Source of the DNA: a virus
Virus record (IMG/VR): IMGVR_UViG_3300037130_000236
DNA length: 64,000 nucleotides
Strand: one strand, 5' to 3'
The notes beneath the pieces were generated by a model. It made no database searches and was not told the origin of the DNA. It saw only the letters and a program-made list of their open reading frames with translations. This document shows positions 34,631-44,276 of this stretch, one piece after another; positions within the stretch are counted from its first letter, which is position 1, and the number at the start of each line of letters is the position of its first letter. A program made the position numbers and the translations under genes.

Positions 34631-35155
34631 ATGACCATGTCTGCCGCTCAGCAAGAAGCGATCAATGAACTCTCCGCGATGTGTGAAGCGCGCGGCTGGC
34701 TCACCCCTCGTGATCAGATGGTTCACCTGTTCTCCCACCACCAGTGCGACATGATCTGTGAAGAGAATGGACTGCTGTGGAATAAGGCGTGTTCCTGCGG
34801 CACCACTATCGATGTACGCCGTGGTGGCTACATACAGCATCTGATTGCAATCCTGAACAAGGAGTCCGGACATGAAGCTGTTTCTTTTGACGTTCGAGGT
34901 CAAGTTCAAGCAGGACACAAATGTCCTGACTATCAAGGATCAGATGATTGTCCCCGAGAAGACCGAAGCCTCTGCCAAGAAGCGTTTTCTCGCAACGATC
35001 GAGAAGGTGGGGACGATACTTTTGCGCTTCAACGACTCGACCAGGATTCTTGCACCCATCCGCGATTTCGGCGGAGAGGTCTCTATTACAAGTTGCATAA
35101 AGCAGTAACGGACTTCCTCTGCGGCCTGCTCTGTACCTTTGGTACTTCCTACTAG
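34631..35155 (+). CDS. Hypothetical protein; 3' half overlaps next gene
   Basis: Plausible N-terminal ~80 aa; frame stays open across 34872-35108. Confidence 0.45.
   Translation: MTMSAAQQEAINELSAMCEARGWLTPRDQMVHLFSHHQCDMICEENGLLWNKACSCGTTIDVRRGGYIQHLIAILNKESGHEAVSFDVRGQVQAGHKCPDYQGSDDCPREDRSLCQEAFSRNDREGGDDTFALQRLDQDSCTHPRFRRRGLYYKLHKAVTDFLCGLLCTFGTSY
34872..35108 (+). CDS. Hypothetical protein
   Basis: AAGGAG RBS before MKLFLL. Confidence 0.55.
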   Translation: MKLFLLTFEVKFKQDTNVLTIKDQMIVPEKTEASAKKRFLATIEKVGTILLRFNDSTRILAPIRDFGGEVSITSCIKQ

Positions 35156-35172
35156 CCGTTCATTCTGGGCAC

Positions 35173-35457
35173 ATGGATGCCCAGAAAGAAGCATATAAGC
35201 TCCTCAAGGAACACGGCGAGCAGATCAGGCACAACAAGCATGAAGCCTGGCGTGTCAACGGCCACCTCATCACCATCACCAAAACCAGAACCGATGACCG
35301 CGGCTGGCTGAACAAGCTCTGCGAGATTCGCCGTTGTCTAAAGATGCCGGTGGAAGAAGCCTTCCGCCAGACTCGGTGCAACGGAAAGGGCCGGTTCACC
35401 GACGCTCCGGTGGCACAGCACTCTGTCAGTTGGGCTGGCCCGGCCGCGACGAGGTAA
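35173..35457 (+). CDS. Possible HicA-like (dsRBD-fold) protein
   Basis: KLLKEHG..IRHNKHEAW...LITI.KT.TD.RG..N...IRR pattern. Confidence 0.5.
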   Translation: MDAQKEAYKLLKEHGEQIRHNKHEAWRVNGHLITITKTRTDDRGWLNKLCEIRRCLKMPVEEAFRQTRCNGKGRFTDAPVAQHSVSWAGPAATR

Positions 35458-35462
35458 GCCAA

Positions 35463-35642
35463 ATGCTGACTGGCATCTCTCTCAACAAGATCGATCTCTT
35501 CGATACCACCGAACTCGACGCCGAGTTCAATGCCCACTGGGCCAAGAAGGAGCAACAACCCAATGCCACCTCGCAAGAACCAACCCAAGAAAGCCACGGC
35601 GAAGGCCAAGCCGGCGCCGGTCAAGCCGACGGCGAAAACTGA
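35463..35642 (+). CDS. Hypothetical protein
   Basis: GAGG RBS before MLTGIS. Confidence 0.45.
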   Translation: MLTGISLNKIDLFDTTELDAEFNAHWAKKEQQPNATSQEPTQESHGEGQAGAGQADGEN

Positions 35643-35976
35643 GCCCGCGGCGGCACCGGCAGTCGTAGCACCGCAGGCACCCAAGTTTACTGCCGGCGAT
35701 CTCGTACGGAAGGCCCTCCAGCTGCGCCAGCAGCATACCCTGAACGCTCCTGCTCCCACAACTGAGGTGCCAAAAGGATCCAAGCCCACGATCGTCGAGT
35801 TCAAGGTCGTCCTCAGCGACGGCACGGTTCTCCACGCCACAGGCAAGCATGCCGATGTCATGGTGCGCTTCAGCAACGAGTGCCAGGAGATCTGCCAAAC
35901 CCAGGGCTTGGCTGCCTACAACGGACCCCCTATGACCCGGTACACCGCCCAGGAGTGGGCAGCCAAGAACGCATAA
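35563..35976 (+). CDS. Hypothetical protein with Lys/Ala/Pro-rich N-terminus
   Basis: AAGGAG RBS before MPPRKN. Confidence 0.65.
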   Translation: MPPRKNQPKKATAKAKPAPVKPTAKTEPAAAPAVVAPQAPKFTAGDLVRKALQLRQQHTLNAPAPTTEVPKGSKPTIVEFKVVLSDGTVLHATGKHADVMVRFSNECQEICQTQGLAAYNGPPMTRYTAQEWAAKNA

Positions 35977-36786
35977 ACTTCGCTCATGTCAAACTCCGGT
36001 AGTAGAGCAGTTTCCGGCGTGTCCTGCACTCGACCGCAACTCGAGAATTGGGGTCTCTTCCACAACGCCCTCCTGCACCGCTCCCTGAGTGGGAAGGCGA
36101 AGATAACCGGCCAAACCTTTTTTGATGCTCCAATAGTGAATCAGCTCTGAGTAGCACGGCCAAGAGAGTCGTTGTATTATCTTTCAGCTGGATTCCTTTT
36201 TTCTTCAGACGGAGTGATTTCAGTCGGTGCAGGAACGTAGATATGCATTGGCCGCAAACTGGATGCCACCTGGAGGACGAGATCGCCTCCTGGCGCCCAT
36301 CCGTATCTGGAATCCATCGTGCGTTGCAGTAGGCGCGAATGAGAGCCGTGATTCTAGCTCGCCATCGGATTGTTGGGCCGGCGAAACATAGCCCGATTTA
36401 CCCTGCAACGCACAATATTTTACACACCGTCAGAATGGGCAGACATTGGCCGGTTATGGCGATTTCGCGCTAATTGAGAACCTCGAACGCTGATGTATGG
36501 GATGTAACCCTCATGCCTTGTATGAGATAAAGGATACATATATAAAGGCACAAAGCATCGGACCCCTTTAGTCTACGGCTTGCGCCGACAGACTTCACAG
36601 AGGTGGAGCCCGATGTGCTCTAACTGTTCTTGGGGAGCAACGACCTCAATAAAATTAAGCGGCACCGGCGGCTTCAAGCAGACCTGGGGGTCAGAGGCCG
36701 TCGGTGCCGTTGGGCGGTCTTTTCGCAGAACCGCCCATCCCTTGAATACATTTTGGCTCCTCACATGCGGGCTTCACGCCCGCTGC

Positions 36787-37743
36787 CTACGCCGCCGGAG
36801 CAGCGGGCAGGGCCGTCGCCACCCGGTTCTGCCCCTCACGCTTTGCCTTGTATAAAGCCCTGTCGGCTGCCAGGAGCAGGTCTGGAGGTGTCGTGATCGT
36901 TCCATCCGGCTGGGGCATTGTAGTGGCAACACCGATGCTTGCGGTCACCGACACCCAATCACCGGAATTCTTATTCGAGCGAAAGCGTAAGGTCTGGATG
37001 GCAGAGTGCACTTTTTCAGCGGCCCTGAACGCACCGAGCCCCTCTGTAGCGGGAAGGATGATTGCCATCTCATCCCCACCCCAGCGGCAGACAATATCTG
37101 AAGCGCGCACGGAGTCGCTGATGGCGGAAGCAACCGTGCACAGACAAACATCCCCGACAGGATGCCCGTACCGGTCATTGAACGGCTTGAAATGATCTAT
37201 ATCGAGTAGCAGCAGGGACAGTTGCGATTCCTCGCGGACCGTTCGTTTCCATTCCCTTCTAAGGCTTTGGTCGAAAGCGCGACGATTCCAGAGCCCGGTG
37301 AGAGCGTCCGTCATGGCCAGGGCGGACAGTTTCTCCTCCAGCACCTTGCGGCCGGTGATGTCCCGCATGGACAAAACGTAGACGCGGGGCTCGCCGTTCA
37401 CCGGATCGCGCACACACCGGGTATTGATGCTGGTCCAAACCGGGGTTTGGTCCTTCTTCAACAGCCGCACTCTCACGTGGGAATAGGCAGCGCCATCCTC
37501 GGCGCTGCCCGTGGCAATATCTTCGAGGACCGCAAGGTCCTCGGAAAATACGAACTCGTCGAAATCTTTGCCGATCATCTCGCCGGGGTCCCAGTTGAGA
37601 GTGTCGAGAGCAGAAGGGGACACGTAGCGAATCGCATGATCCGCGCCAACGCTGCACAGAATATCGGCGCAGTTCTCTGCCAGGAACTTGTAATCGATCT
37701 CGACCGCGCCGCTCGGCTCGTGTTGGTCTTCAGGAGGAATCAA
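36787..37743 (-). CDS. PAS-GGDEF diguanylate cyclase
   Basis: PAS (YVSPS..WDPGEMIGK...RDIT), TDALTGLWNRR, DIDHFKPFNDRYGHPVGD, RASD I-site, RWGGDEM, TASIG, ADRALYKAK; GAGGAG RBS + TTG. Confidence 0.9.
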   Translation of the reverse strand: MIPPEDQHEPSGAVEIDYKFLAENCADILCSVGADHAIRYVSPSALDTLNWDPGEMIGKDFDEFVFSEDLAVLEDIATGSAEDGAAYSHVRVRLLKKDQTPVWTSINTRCVRDPVNGEPRVYVLSMRDITGRKVLEEKLSALAMTDALTGLWNRRAFDQSLRREWKRTVREESQLSLLLLDIDHFKPFNDRYGHPVGDVCLCTVASAISDSVRASDIVCRWGGDEMAIILPATEGLGAFRAAEKVHSAIQTLRFRSNKNSGDWVSVTASIGVATTMPQPDGTITTPPDLLLAADRALYKAKREGQNRVATALPAAPAA

Positions 37744-38300
37744 CTCAACTCCTCGAACGAGGCCAGGGAAAAACGTTTGCGGTGCGCCCCCGCAAACGGC
37801 CCTTAAACCCGTGGTCGGGGAGTTGGAAAGCCGATACGACACGGCTCCTGTGACCTTTAGCCGCGAAGCCTGGACATACGTCACAGGCTCCCCGACCCAA
37901 AGGCAAGGGAGATCACACGTCTTGCGACGTGCCTTTGTCGTATTCGGGGTTTCCACACCCCAGGGCGGCGCGTGACCGCCCCAAAGTCATCATAACTTTG
38001 TTTTGCAGTCTTTTGGTAGAGTAAGAATCTGTTTTTCTCCAACCTGCCCCGGAATAGCCGAGAGCTTTTTGCCCGGCGAGGTTGAGCCACGCTGCCATCA
38101 TTCGGGGCAGGTAGGCACGCAATAAAGCATCGGCTTTCTAAGCCGGGCCGACTTCTTGCCTCATTGGGTTCATGAACCCCATAATCTTCTCACTGGCACC
38201 AACAGCTCGTAGCGCTCACTGAGAGATCTATCGATCTTCCGTTACAGGTTCCGGGCGTCTGGTCTGCACCTCGGAAGCAGACCCACTATCCAAACCCCTG

Positions 38301-38330
38301 GAACCCCGCCTTCGGACGGGGTTCTTTTTT
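38301..38330 (+). terminator. Intrinsic terminator
   Basis: GAACCCCG-CCTTCGGA-CGGGGTTC followed by TTTTTT. Confidence 0.75.
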
Positions 38331-38505
38331 GCCCGGGGAGGGAAGGGGGCCGGCGGAACTGGGGATGGGTGGGCGGATACTCAATGCTTGAGGTCTACTC
38401 ACAGATCTGTCCAGTAGGGTGAACCCCTTAGATTGGCATCTATTCTGACCCAAAAACCCTTTGAACCTTTGACACCTGCCGGTCGAGGTGCGATGCTTCT
38501 TAATA

Positions 38506-38610
38506 GTGAGTTTCACTCAATTGTTAATTGTAAGTAATACTTACTATTGAGTTTACACTTAAAAGAGAGTAGCTCTTATAGAGCTACTCTTATATTGAGT
38601 ATTACTCAAA
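38506..38610. repeat. AT-rich cluster of five dyad elements; possible replication origin or control site
   Basis: TGAG-TTTCA-CTCA, CAATT-GTT-AATTG, GTAAGTA-A-TACTTAC, AGAGTAGCTC-TTATA-GAGCTACTCT, TTGAGT-TATT-ACTCAA. Confidence 0.65.
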
Positions 38611-38712
38611 GCAGCAGGGTTGAACCGAGAATAGCCCTGCCCTCCCTTTGGTAGATCGCTCTCGAATCGCATTCTCAACATGAGGCCGGAAACCGGCCAC
38701 AGGAGAGTTCAT

Positions 38713-39060
38713 TTGAGCGCCCACCCCACCACAGCCATCGACATCGCCAAGCTGCTTGCAGCTGACAACGTGTCCACAGCGGACCGCATCTGGGCAGTTG
38801 ACTTTGAAGTCAAGATGCCGATTGAGCTGATCACCGAAGAAGATTTGCAGTGCCCTGATTGCGGCGTGGTTCATGACCCCAGCCTGGAGAATGCACGGGT
38901 GGTTGCCGACACCGTCACCGTCCTTGGCGGTCCTGATGCCCAGGTGTCAGTGGATCGAGTCCGTGAGTATGTCCTCAACCAGGAACCCGAAGCTGGCCTG
39001 CATATGACCGACTTCGTTCTCACTGGCGTCAAGCTGCTCGCTGCTGCGGAGGTGGTATAG
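38713..39060 (+). CDS. Hypothetical protein with CPDC motif
   Basis: AGGAG RBS + TTG. Confidence 0.65.
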   Translation: MSAHPTTAIDIAKLLAADNVSTADRIWAVDFEVKMPIELITEEDLQCPDCGVVHDPSLENARVVADTVTVLGGPDAQVSVDRVREYVLNQEPEAGLHMTDFVLTGVKLLAAAEVV

Positions 39061-39521
39061 TGCTCGATAACTCGGACAATCTCGCCGTCACCCAGCAGGG
39101 TGTTCATGCTGTGGAGACGCCTGCTGACCTGTTCAGCGATCCGCCATTCGGTCATCTTTTTGCAGAGCTGACCGATCTCGCTGCGGCAACGGCCGCCGGC
39201 TTCCGCACCGTCCTGGTGCCGCCGGACACGCCGCTGTTCTGCTTCTACTGCCACGATACCGAGGCGCCGGAGTACCGCCTGCGCCGCAAGGCCGGCAAGT
39301 ACGTCGCACTCTGCCACCGGCCTGGAACCATCGAAGGCTGCTGGGATCGTGATGTGGCTCCCATGTGCGAGTACAAGAACCACGAAGCTGTCCAGTGCGC
39401 CCAGGTCGCCGAGTGGGTGGTTGCATTCGGGAAGGACATGCTGATGCGAACCCACCGCTGTCTGATCCACGTTCCGCCGGCGCTTTCCGATGTTTCCGAG
39501 CACCGGGTCTTTCCTATCTAG
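39060..39521 (+). CDS. Cys/His-rich hypothetical protein
   Basis: CFYC, CH, C, C..., HRCLIH; GGAGG RBS + GTG. Confidence 0.65.
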   Translation: MLDNSDNLAVTQQGVHAVETPADLFSDPPFGHLFAELTDLAAATAAGFRTVLVPPDTPLFCFYCHDTEAPEYRLRRKAGKYVALCHRPGTIEGCWDRDVAPMCEYKNHEAVQCAQVAEWVVAFGKDMLMRTHRCLIHVPPALSDVSEHRVFPI

Positions 39522-39659
39522 GGTTGCTCTCTGTACGCCAGAGGCCCTTTCTCAGTTGTATCTCTCCCGTCTTTGTTCCCCATCCCAAGCCTCAGTACAA
39601 GACGGGAGGAATGGCGCGCGAGCGCAGACCTCCCGTTCCACAACCCTTAGGAAGAATCC

Positions 39660-40142
39660 GTGCCCCTCGATCAAACCGGCTATCGCAACACCTTCCCGCT
39701 CACCAAAGTCCTTGACCGCCTCTTTCTGGGCGGCTTCAAGGACGCTGAAGACCTCAGGTCCGGCAACCCACACAACATCACCCACATCTGCAACTGCACT
39801 ACTGAACCGCTCACGATTCCGTCCAGATGCGTCACCAGCATTATCCAGATGGACCAGCTCGACGGCCACGACTGGGATGTCCAGAAGCTCTACTCGGCTG
39901 TCGATTGGATCCGTCGCGCGCTGCTCGGCGGAGGCACCGTCCTGGCCCATTGCCATGCTGGCATCAGCCGGTCTCCGGTGCTGGTTGCGACCTATCTCTA
40001 CACCTGCGGCTTCGACTTCGACCGCGCGCTCGACCGCATCAAGGCCCAGCGCCCGATCGTGCAGCCTGCACCTGTCGTCCTGGTCAGTGCCAAGCGGGCC
40101 TTTGGTATCTCCCCGCTTGCCATCCACACTGCAGGCAGATGA
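39660..40142 (+). CDS. Dual-specificity protein phosphatase
   Basis: LFLGG, ITHICNC, catalytic HCHAGISRS (HCxxGxxRS). Confidence 0.9.
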   Translation: MPLDQTGYRNTFPLTKVLDRLFLGGFKDAEDLRSGNPHNITHICNCTTEPLTIPSRCVTSIIQMDQLDGHDWDVQKLYSAVDWIRRALLGGGTVLAHCHAGISRSPVLVATYLYTCGFDFDRALDRIKAQRPIVQPAPVVLVSAKRAFGISPLAIHTAGR

Positions 40143-40165
40143 ACCCGTCTCAAAGAAAGGCACCA

Positions 40166-40546
40166 ATGCGTAAAACACTGCTTTCAATTCTGTTCCTTCT
40201 GCTGCTGGCTGTTCCGGCGATCGCGCAGAAGCCTGCACCCGCGGCCGCGCCGGCTCAACCTTCAACGGCGCTGGTCAAGCCCAGCGAGGTCGAGGATCTC
40301 AAGATCGAGAATCTCAAGCTCAAGCTGAGCCTTTACACCCAGCACAAGGTGGACCTCCAGCGCGAGGAAGACTCGGTCAATCAGGACGGTGAGAAGCTGG
40401 CTGAGCAGATCATCGCCGATCATCCTGGCCACCATCTTGATTTCAAGACATTGACGATCGTTTCCGATGCCCCGACGGAGACTGCCAAGTCCGCCCCGGC
40501 CGCTACGCCTGCCTCCCCGGCCCCGGCAGATCCTCCCAAGAAGTAA
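40166..40546 (+). CDS. Secreted coiled-coil protein
   Basis: Signal peptide MRKTLLSILFLLLLAVPAIA-Q. Confidence 0.75.
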   Translation: MRKTLLSILFLLLLAVPAIAQKPAPAAAPAQPSTALVKPSEVEDLKIENLKLKLSLYTQHKVDLQREEDSVNQDGEKLAEQIIADHPGHHLDFKTLTIVSDAPTETAKSAPAATPASPAPADPPKK

Positions 40547-40634
40547 TCTGCACTGCCCCGAGTCGCCGGTTCCCGCCGGCGAGTTCCTCTCTGTAAGAGC
40601 CTTCCACTCAATGGACTAACTGCCCGCAATAATC

Positions 40635-40644
40635 CCTATACTAG
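40635..40644 (+). promoter_or_regulatory. CCTATACTAG candidate late promoter, copy 2
   Basis: Ends 10 nt before ATG 40655; within CCCTA-TAC-TAGGG. Confidence 0.55.
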
Positions 40645-40654
40645 GGAGGTATGT

Positions 40655-41374
40655 ATGGCAACTTCTGGTCTTATTCCGATTCCGGAAGACCTGGCCCTTT
40701 TCCCCGTCCCCACCGAGAATGTGAATGGCCTCCTCGCCACCAGCGAGGACCTCGGCCTCACTGTTGAGGAAAAGCAGGAACTCGACAACTACCAGTCTGC
40801 GCTGCGGATTCTTGGTCCGGCAGCCGGAGCTGTGCTCATGTGTCCCGGCAACCAGGAGAATGTAGCGGACGAGGACAAGTGTCCGTACTCGTCGAAGTGT
40901 CCCTTGCTCCGGATGCACAAGGCCCCCGCGGACAAGATGTGTCCCGTTGAACGCCTGATTGTCGAAGAGCGTTTCAACGCCTGGTGCAGAGAGCTTTCCA
41001 CCGACCCGGTCCTGGCGAAGGAATCTGACCGAGTCGCTATTTCCGATCTCTGCTGGATCGACCTGCAGATGCAGCGTTCGCTGCACATCCTGAGCAAAGG
41101 AGATGAAGCTCGCCTCACGGTGACCAATCCCAAGGATGTTCACCCGGAGACATTCCTTCCTATCTCCTGGGAGAAAGTCATCCACCCGAACGTCGAGCTT
41201 TTGGTAACACTGCAGACCCAGCGCAGAATGATCTTGAAAGATTGGATGCTGACTCCTGAGCAGAAGTGGAAGAGGGAGAAGGCGGAAGGCAAGGGGTCTG
41301 GGAAGGACATAGCCAGCAAGCAATCAGCACGGGCCGACAAGCTCAGAGCGATCAAGTCAAGCAACGAGGATTAG
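40655..41374 (+). CDS. Hypothetical protein with Cys cluster; possible terminase small subunit
   Basis: GGAGG RBS; CPG..CPY..CP..CP; helical C-terminus; function is inference only. Confidence 0.6.
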   Translation: MATSGLIPIPEDLALFPVPTENVNGLLATSEDLGLTVEEKQELDNYQSALRILGPAAGAVLMCPGNQENVADEDKCPYSSKCPLLRMHKAPADKMCPVERLIVEERFNAWCRELSTDPVLAKESDRVAISDLCWIDLQMQRSLHILSKGDEARLTVTNPKDVHPETFLPISWEKVIHPNVELLVTLQTQRRMILKDWMLTPEQKWKREKAEGKGSGKDIASKQSARADKLRAIKSSNED

Positions 41375-41465
41375 ACGGATCCCCACACGGAGATGGACCC
41401 AAATCCACCCGTACTCGCCGGGCCAACTGAAAGGTTGGCCCGGTGAATCCCCCCAAGAGGTAAGA

Positions 41466-43082
41466 ATGTCAGGACGCGGCAGGCCAAGAGCTAGCATTAC
41501 CAGGGAGCAGGTTGCAGCCGAACTCAAGGCTGGGTTGAACGTCAAACAGATCGCCAAGAAGTACAACTGCTCTCCTGACACAGTCGAGCGCAGGGCGAAC
41601 CCTACAGGCAGGAAAGACAAGCGTGTAGGGCATCATGGCGCTTCCGCCGCAAAGCCTTCCCCTTCTCCTGTCGACATTGGAACCTTCAAGACCACCGCCG
41701 AGGCAGAAGCTGAGGATCTGCCGAAATCGGATGCACAGCCCACCACTTCCGTCAATGGACGGCAGTGGCTGCTCTCCAAGGTGGTGGGCAACGACATCCG
41801 GCAACGGTACTGGTACAACAAGGACCAGGATCGCTACATCACGGTGATCCGTGGCGTGGGCGAGCCGATCGTGACCTCCGGCGCCGAGCACCGCGCCATC
41901 TGTGAAGCCTATTCCAACATGGTTGGGAAGAGTTCCACCCTGAATGAGATTGCGCGCGACTTCGGCATGCCCAGAGCCTGGCTGATCCAGTATCTGCACA
42001 TCCACGGCATCACCCACGACAAGGAGCCCTTCTCAGCCGAAGAGCTGATCGAGCGGACCACCGACGACCTGGTCGAAGATCTCTACAATATGAAGCGCCG
42101 TGCGGTCTTCACCGCCATGAACGAGAAGTCCTGGAAGGAGATCAAGAAACGGGCTGCCTTGTGGGACAATTTTGAGCATTCGGTATCACGGGTTGTCGAC
42201 GACTGGGCCAACCGCTTCGTTCCAGACTACCGCCCACAGTTGGTGAACATTGTGCGTGCGTCGAGGCCGTTCTCGGCCGTGGTCCTGCCGATGGACTTCC
42301 ACTATGGCAAGGGGTCCTGGTTCGACGAAGCCGGCCACAGCTACACACGGCAGAGTTGTAAGGATCTTCTGAGGTTCCACGCTGAGAACATCCTGAACAG
42401 CCTGGTGGTTCGCGGACGTCCGACTCGGATCGTTGTTCCCTTCGGCTCGGACTGGTTCCATGTGGACAATCAGTTCGGCAGCACCACGCGCGGCACGCCT
42501 CAGGACCTGGATGGCACACCCGAGATGATCCTGAGCGAGGGCCTCGAATTCAAAGTCGAGTTCTGCGACTGGCTTCGTCAAGTCGCACCGATCGTGCTTC
42601 TTCCTTGCCCCGGCAACCACGATCACCACTCTGACATTGCCTTGATGAAGTACCTGCAAGCCTGGTACCGCAATGACGATGATGTGGAGATCATCGACAG
42701 CCTGATGAGCCGCAACTACTACGTCTGCGACAACACGCTGATCGGCGCTACCCACGGCAACGACGTAAACCTTTCCGACCTGCCCACTCTGATGGCCAAC
42801 GAATGCCGCCAGGAATGGGCCCAGACCGCCCATCAGATATTTGTCACCGGACACACCCATAGCGAAGTGCTTGAGGACGACGGTGGCATCATGCACTACA
42901 CCTGCCCGTCGCTGTCGGCGGCAGATCGATGGCATGAAGGCCGCGGCTACAACCTCAACCGCCAGGCGATGGCTGCGATCATTCTCGATGAAGAGGATGG
43001 TCCCACCAACTTCGTCGTCTCAGCGCGCCAGAACCGGACCACCGTCGGCTTCAACATCAAGAACCGGTCGAGAGCGGCCTAA
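41466..43082 (+). CDS. Calcineurin-like metallophosphoesterase with N-terminal AT-hook/HTH-like region
   Basis: GRGRPR + HTH-like N-terminus; DFHYG, GSDWFH, GNHD, THG, GHTH. Confidence 0.85.
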   Translation: MSGRGRPRASITREQVAAELKAGLNVKQIAKKYNCSPDTVERRANPTGRKDKRVGHHGASAAKPSPSPVDIGTFKTTAEAEAEDLPKSDAQPTTSVNGRQWLLSKVVGNDIRQRYWYNKDQDRYITVIRGVGEPIVTSGAEHRAICEAYSNMVGKSSTLNEIARDFGMPRAWLIQYLHIHGITHDKEPFSAEELIERTTDDLVEDLYNMKRRAVFTAMNEKSWKEIKKRAALWDNFEHSVSRVVDDWANRFVPDYRPQLVNIVRASRPFSAVVLPMDFHYGKGSWFDEAGHSYTRQSCKDLLRFHAENILNSLVVRGRPTRIVVPFGSDWFHVDNQFGSTTRGTPQDLDGTPEMILSEGLEFKVEFCDWLRQVAPIVLLPCPGNHDHHSDIALMKYLQAWYRNDDDVEIIDSLMSRNYYVCDNTLIGATHGNDVNLSDLPTLMANECRQEWAQTAHQIFVTGHTHSEVLEDDGGIMHYTCPSLSAADRWHEGRGYNLNRQAMAAIILDEEDGPTNFVVSARQNRTTVGFNIKNRSRAA

Positions 43083-43159
43083 CCCACAATAGTTAGGAAC
43101 ACCAGCCGACAGCGCGCCTACCACCGGCGCGCTGTTGTCGCATTCGGTAGGACAGGACC

Positions 43160-43318
43160 ATGAAACCCTTCTCCACGCAGATCAAGAAGCCCGCACGAAA
43201 GGCCGCACTGACCGCGATGCCCACCCGTGTCATGAGGACAGGCGTGAGCCGGTCCGTGGTCGGCGGAGTAGCGCGCTCAGCCAGGACCGCCGGCGCCCGC
43301 AGGCTCCGCGGGGTTTGA
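43160..43318 (+). CDS. Small very basic protein (52 aa)
   Basis: AGGA RBS; MKPFSTQIKKPARKAA...RRLRGV; manual translation. Confidence 0.45.
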   Translation: MKPFSTQIKKPARKAALTAMPTRVMRTGVSRSVVGGVARSARTAGARRLRGV

Positions 43319-43697
43319 TTCCTACAAGAAGACGGCCGCGATGGCCCAGCCAAAACCAGCAGCGCGGCCCACGGCAGCCAAGAAGGCCAAAGCCGCATAA
43401 TCCTCAACTTCCAGGCCTTCCAAACGGGCCTGCCAGCGCAGACCCCGTTCTTTTTCGCCAGTCTGCCCGCCCTTTTTCTGTGCTGCCGCTTCGCGTCAGA
43501 CTTGGTTTGGCCCAGCCGACGGGCTTGAGTACCTTGCATGAGTGCCCCATCATTCAACGGTGAAGGGTATTGGAATCCCAGGCTCCGTGCACCTTTGCTC
43601 TGTGACCTCGGGTACATACTGCAATTTAGATCTCGTGGTACACACAGTGTAGGTTGCTAATCACCAACAGACACATTCAAAAGGAGGTTTCGTACAA

Positions 43698-44111
43698 ATG
43701 TCTCGATACGCTGACGTAACATTCAGGTGGTTGTTTGTTGCAGTTATCATCTCCATGATCGCCATTGAGCCTCGGGCCAATGCGATCCAGGCAACAACGA
43801 ATCAACCGAATCGTATGACTCAAAACACTGAACAGGCGATTATCAAAAAAACTGTACAACAAAAGTTAGGGCAATCGCCATTATTCAAAATCAATAAGAT
43901 TTCAGTGGCATCTGATTTTGCATTAGTGCTTTGGGTCCAAGGAGAAGGTGGGGGCGTAGTGTTGTTAAAAGAAACTTCTGGAACCTGGAATATCCTTGCC
44001 CATAGTGGCGGATGGTATGGGTTGAAAGACCTGAAGGAATATGGAGTGCCACAGGAGATTGCCGAACGGCTGCTAACCCAAGCTGATCCCAAATGGCGCA
44101 ATTACGAATGA
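43698..44111 (+). CDS. Exported hypothetical protein (AT-richer moron)
   Basis: AAGGAGG RBS; signal-like N-terminus; visibly lower GC. Confidence 0.7.
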   Translation: MSRYADVTFRWLFVAVIISMIAIEPRANAIQATTNQPNRMTQNTEQAIIKKTVQQKLGQSPLFKINKISVASDFALVLWVQGEGGGVVLLKETSGTWNILAHSGGWYGLKDLKEYGVPQEIAERLLTQADPKWRNYE

Positions 44112-44276
44112 ATCCAGCCGCATGCCTATCAGCCTGTGGCAAAAGTCGAGAAGCCCGAGGTTCGTGCTATCTCAAGTCCGAAAATCCGGACTTGGGGCAC
44201 CCAGGCTTCGTACTGAATCTCAGTCGCGGGACGTGAACCCGCCCGACGCCTATCGTCGCATGCGTCCTTCGTCATC

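Noticed and set aside
35980-36780. Short ORFs 36220-36408 and 36573-36764
   Set aside because: Weak or ambiguous RBS and no recognisable motif; left uncalled
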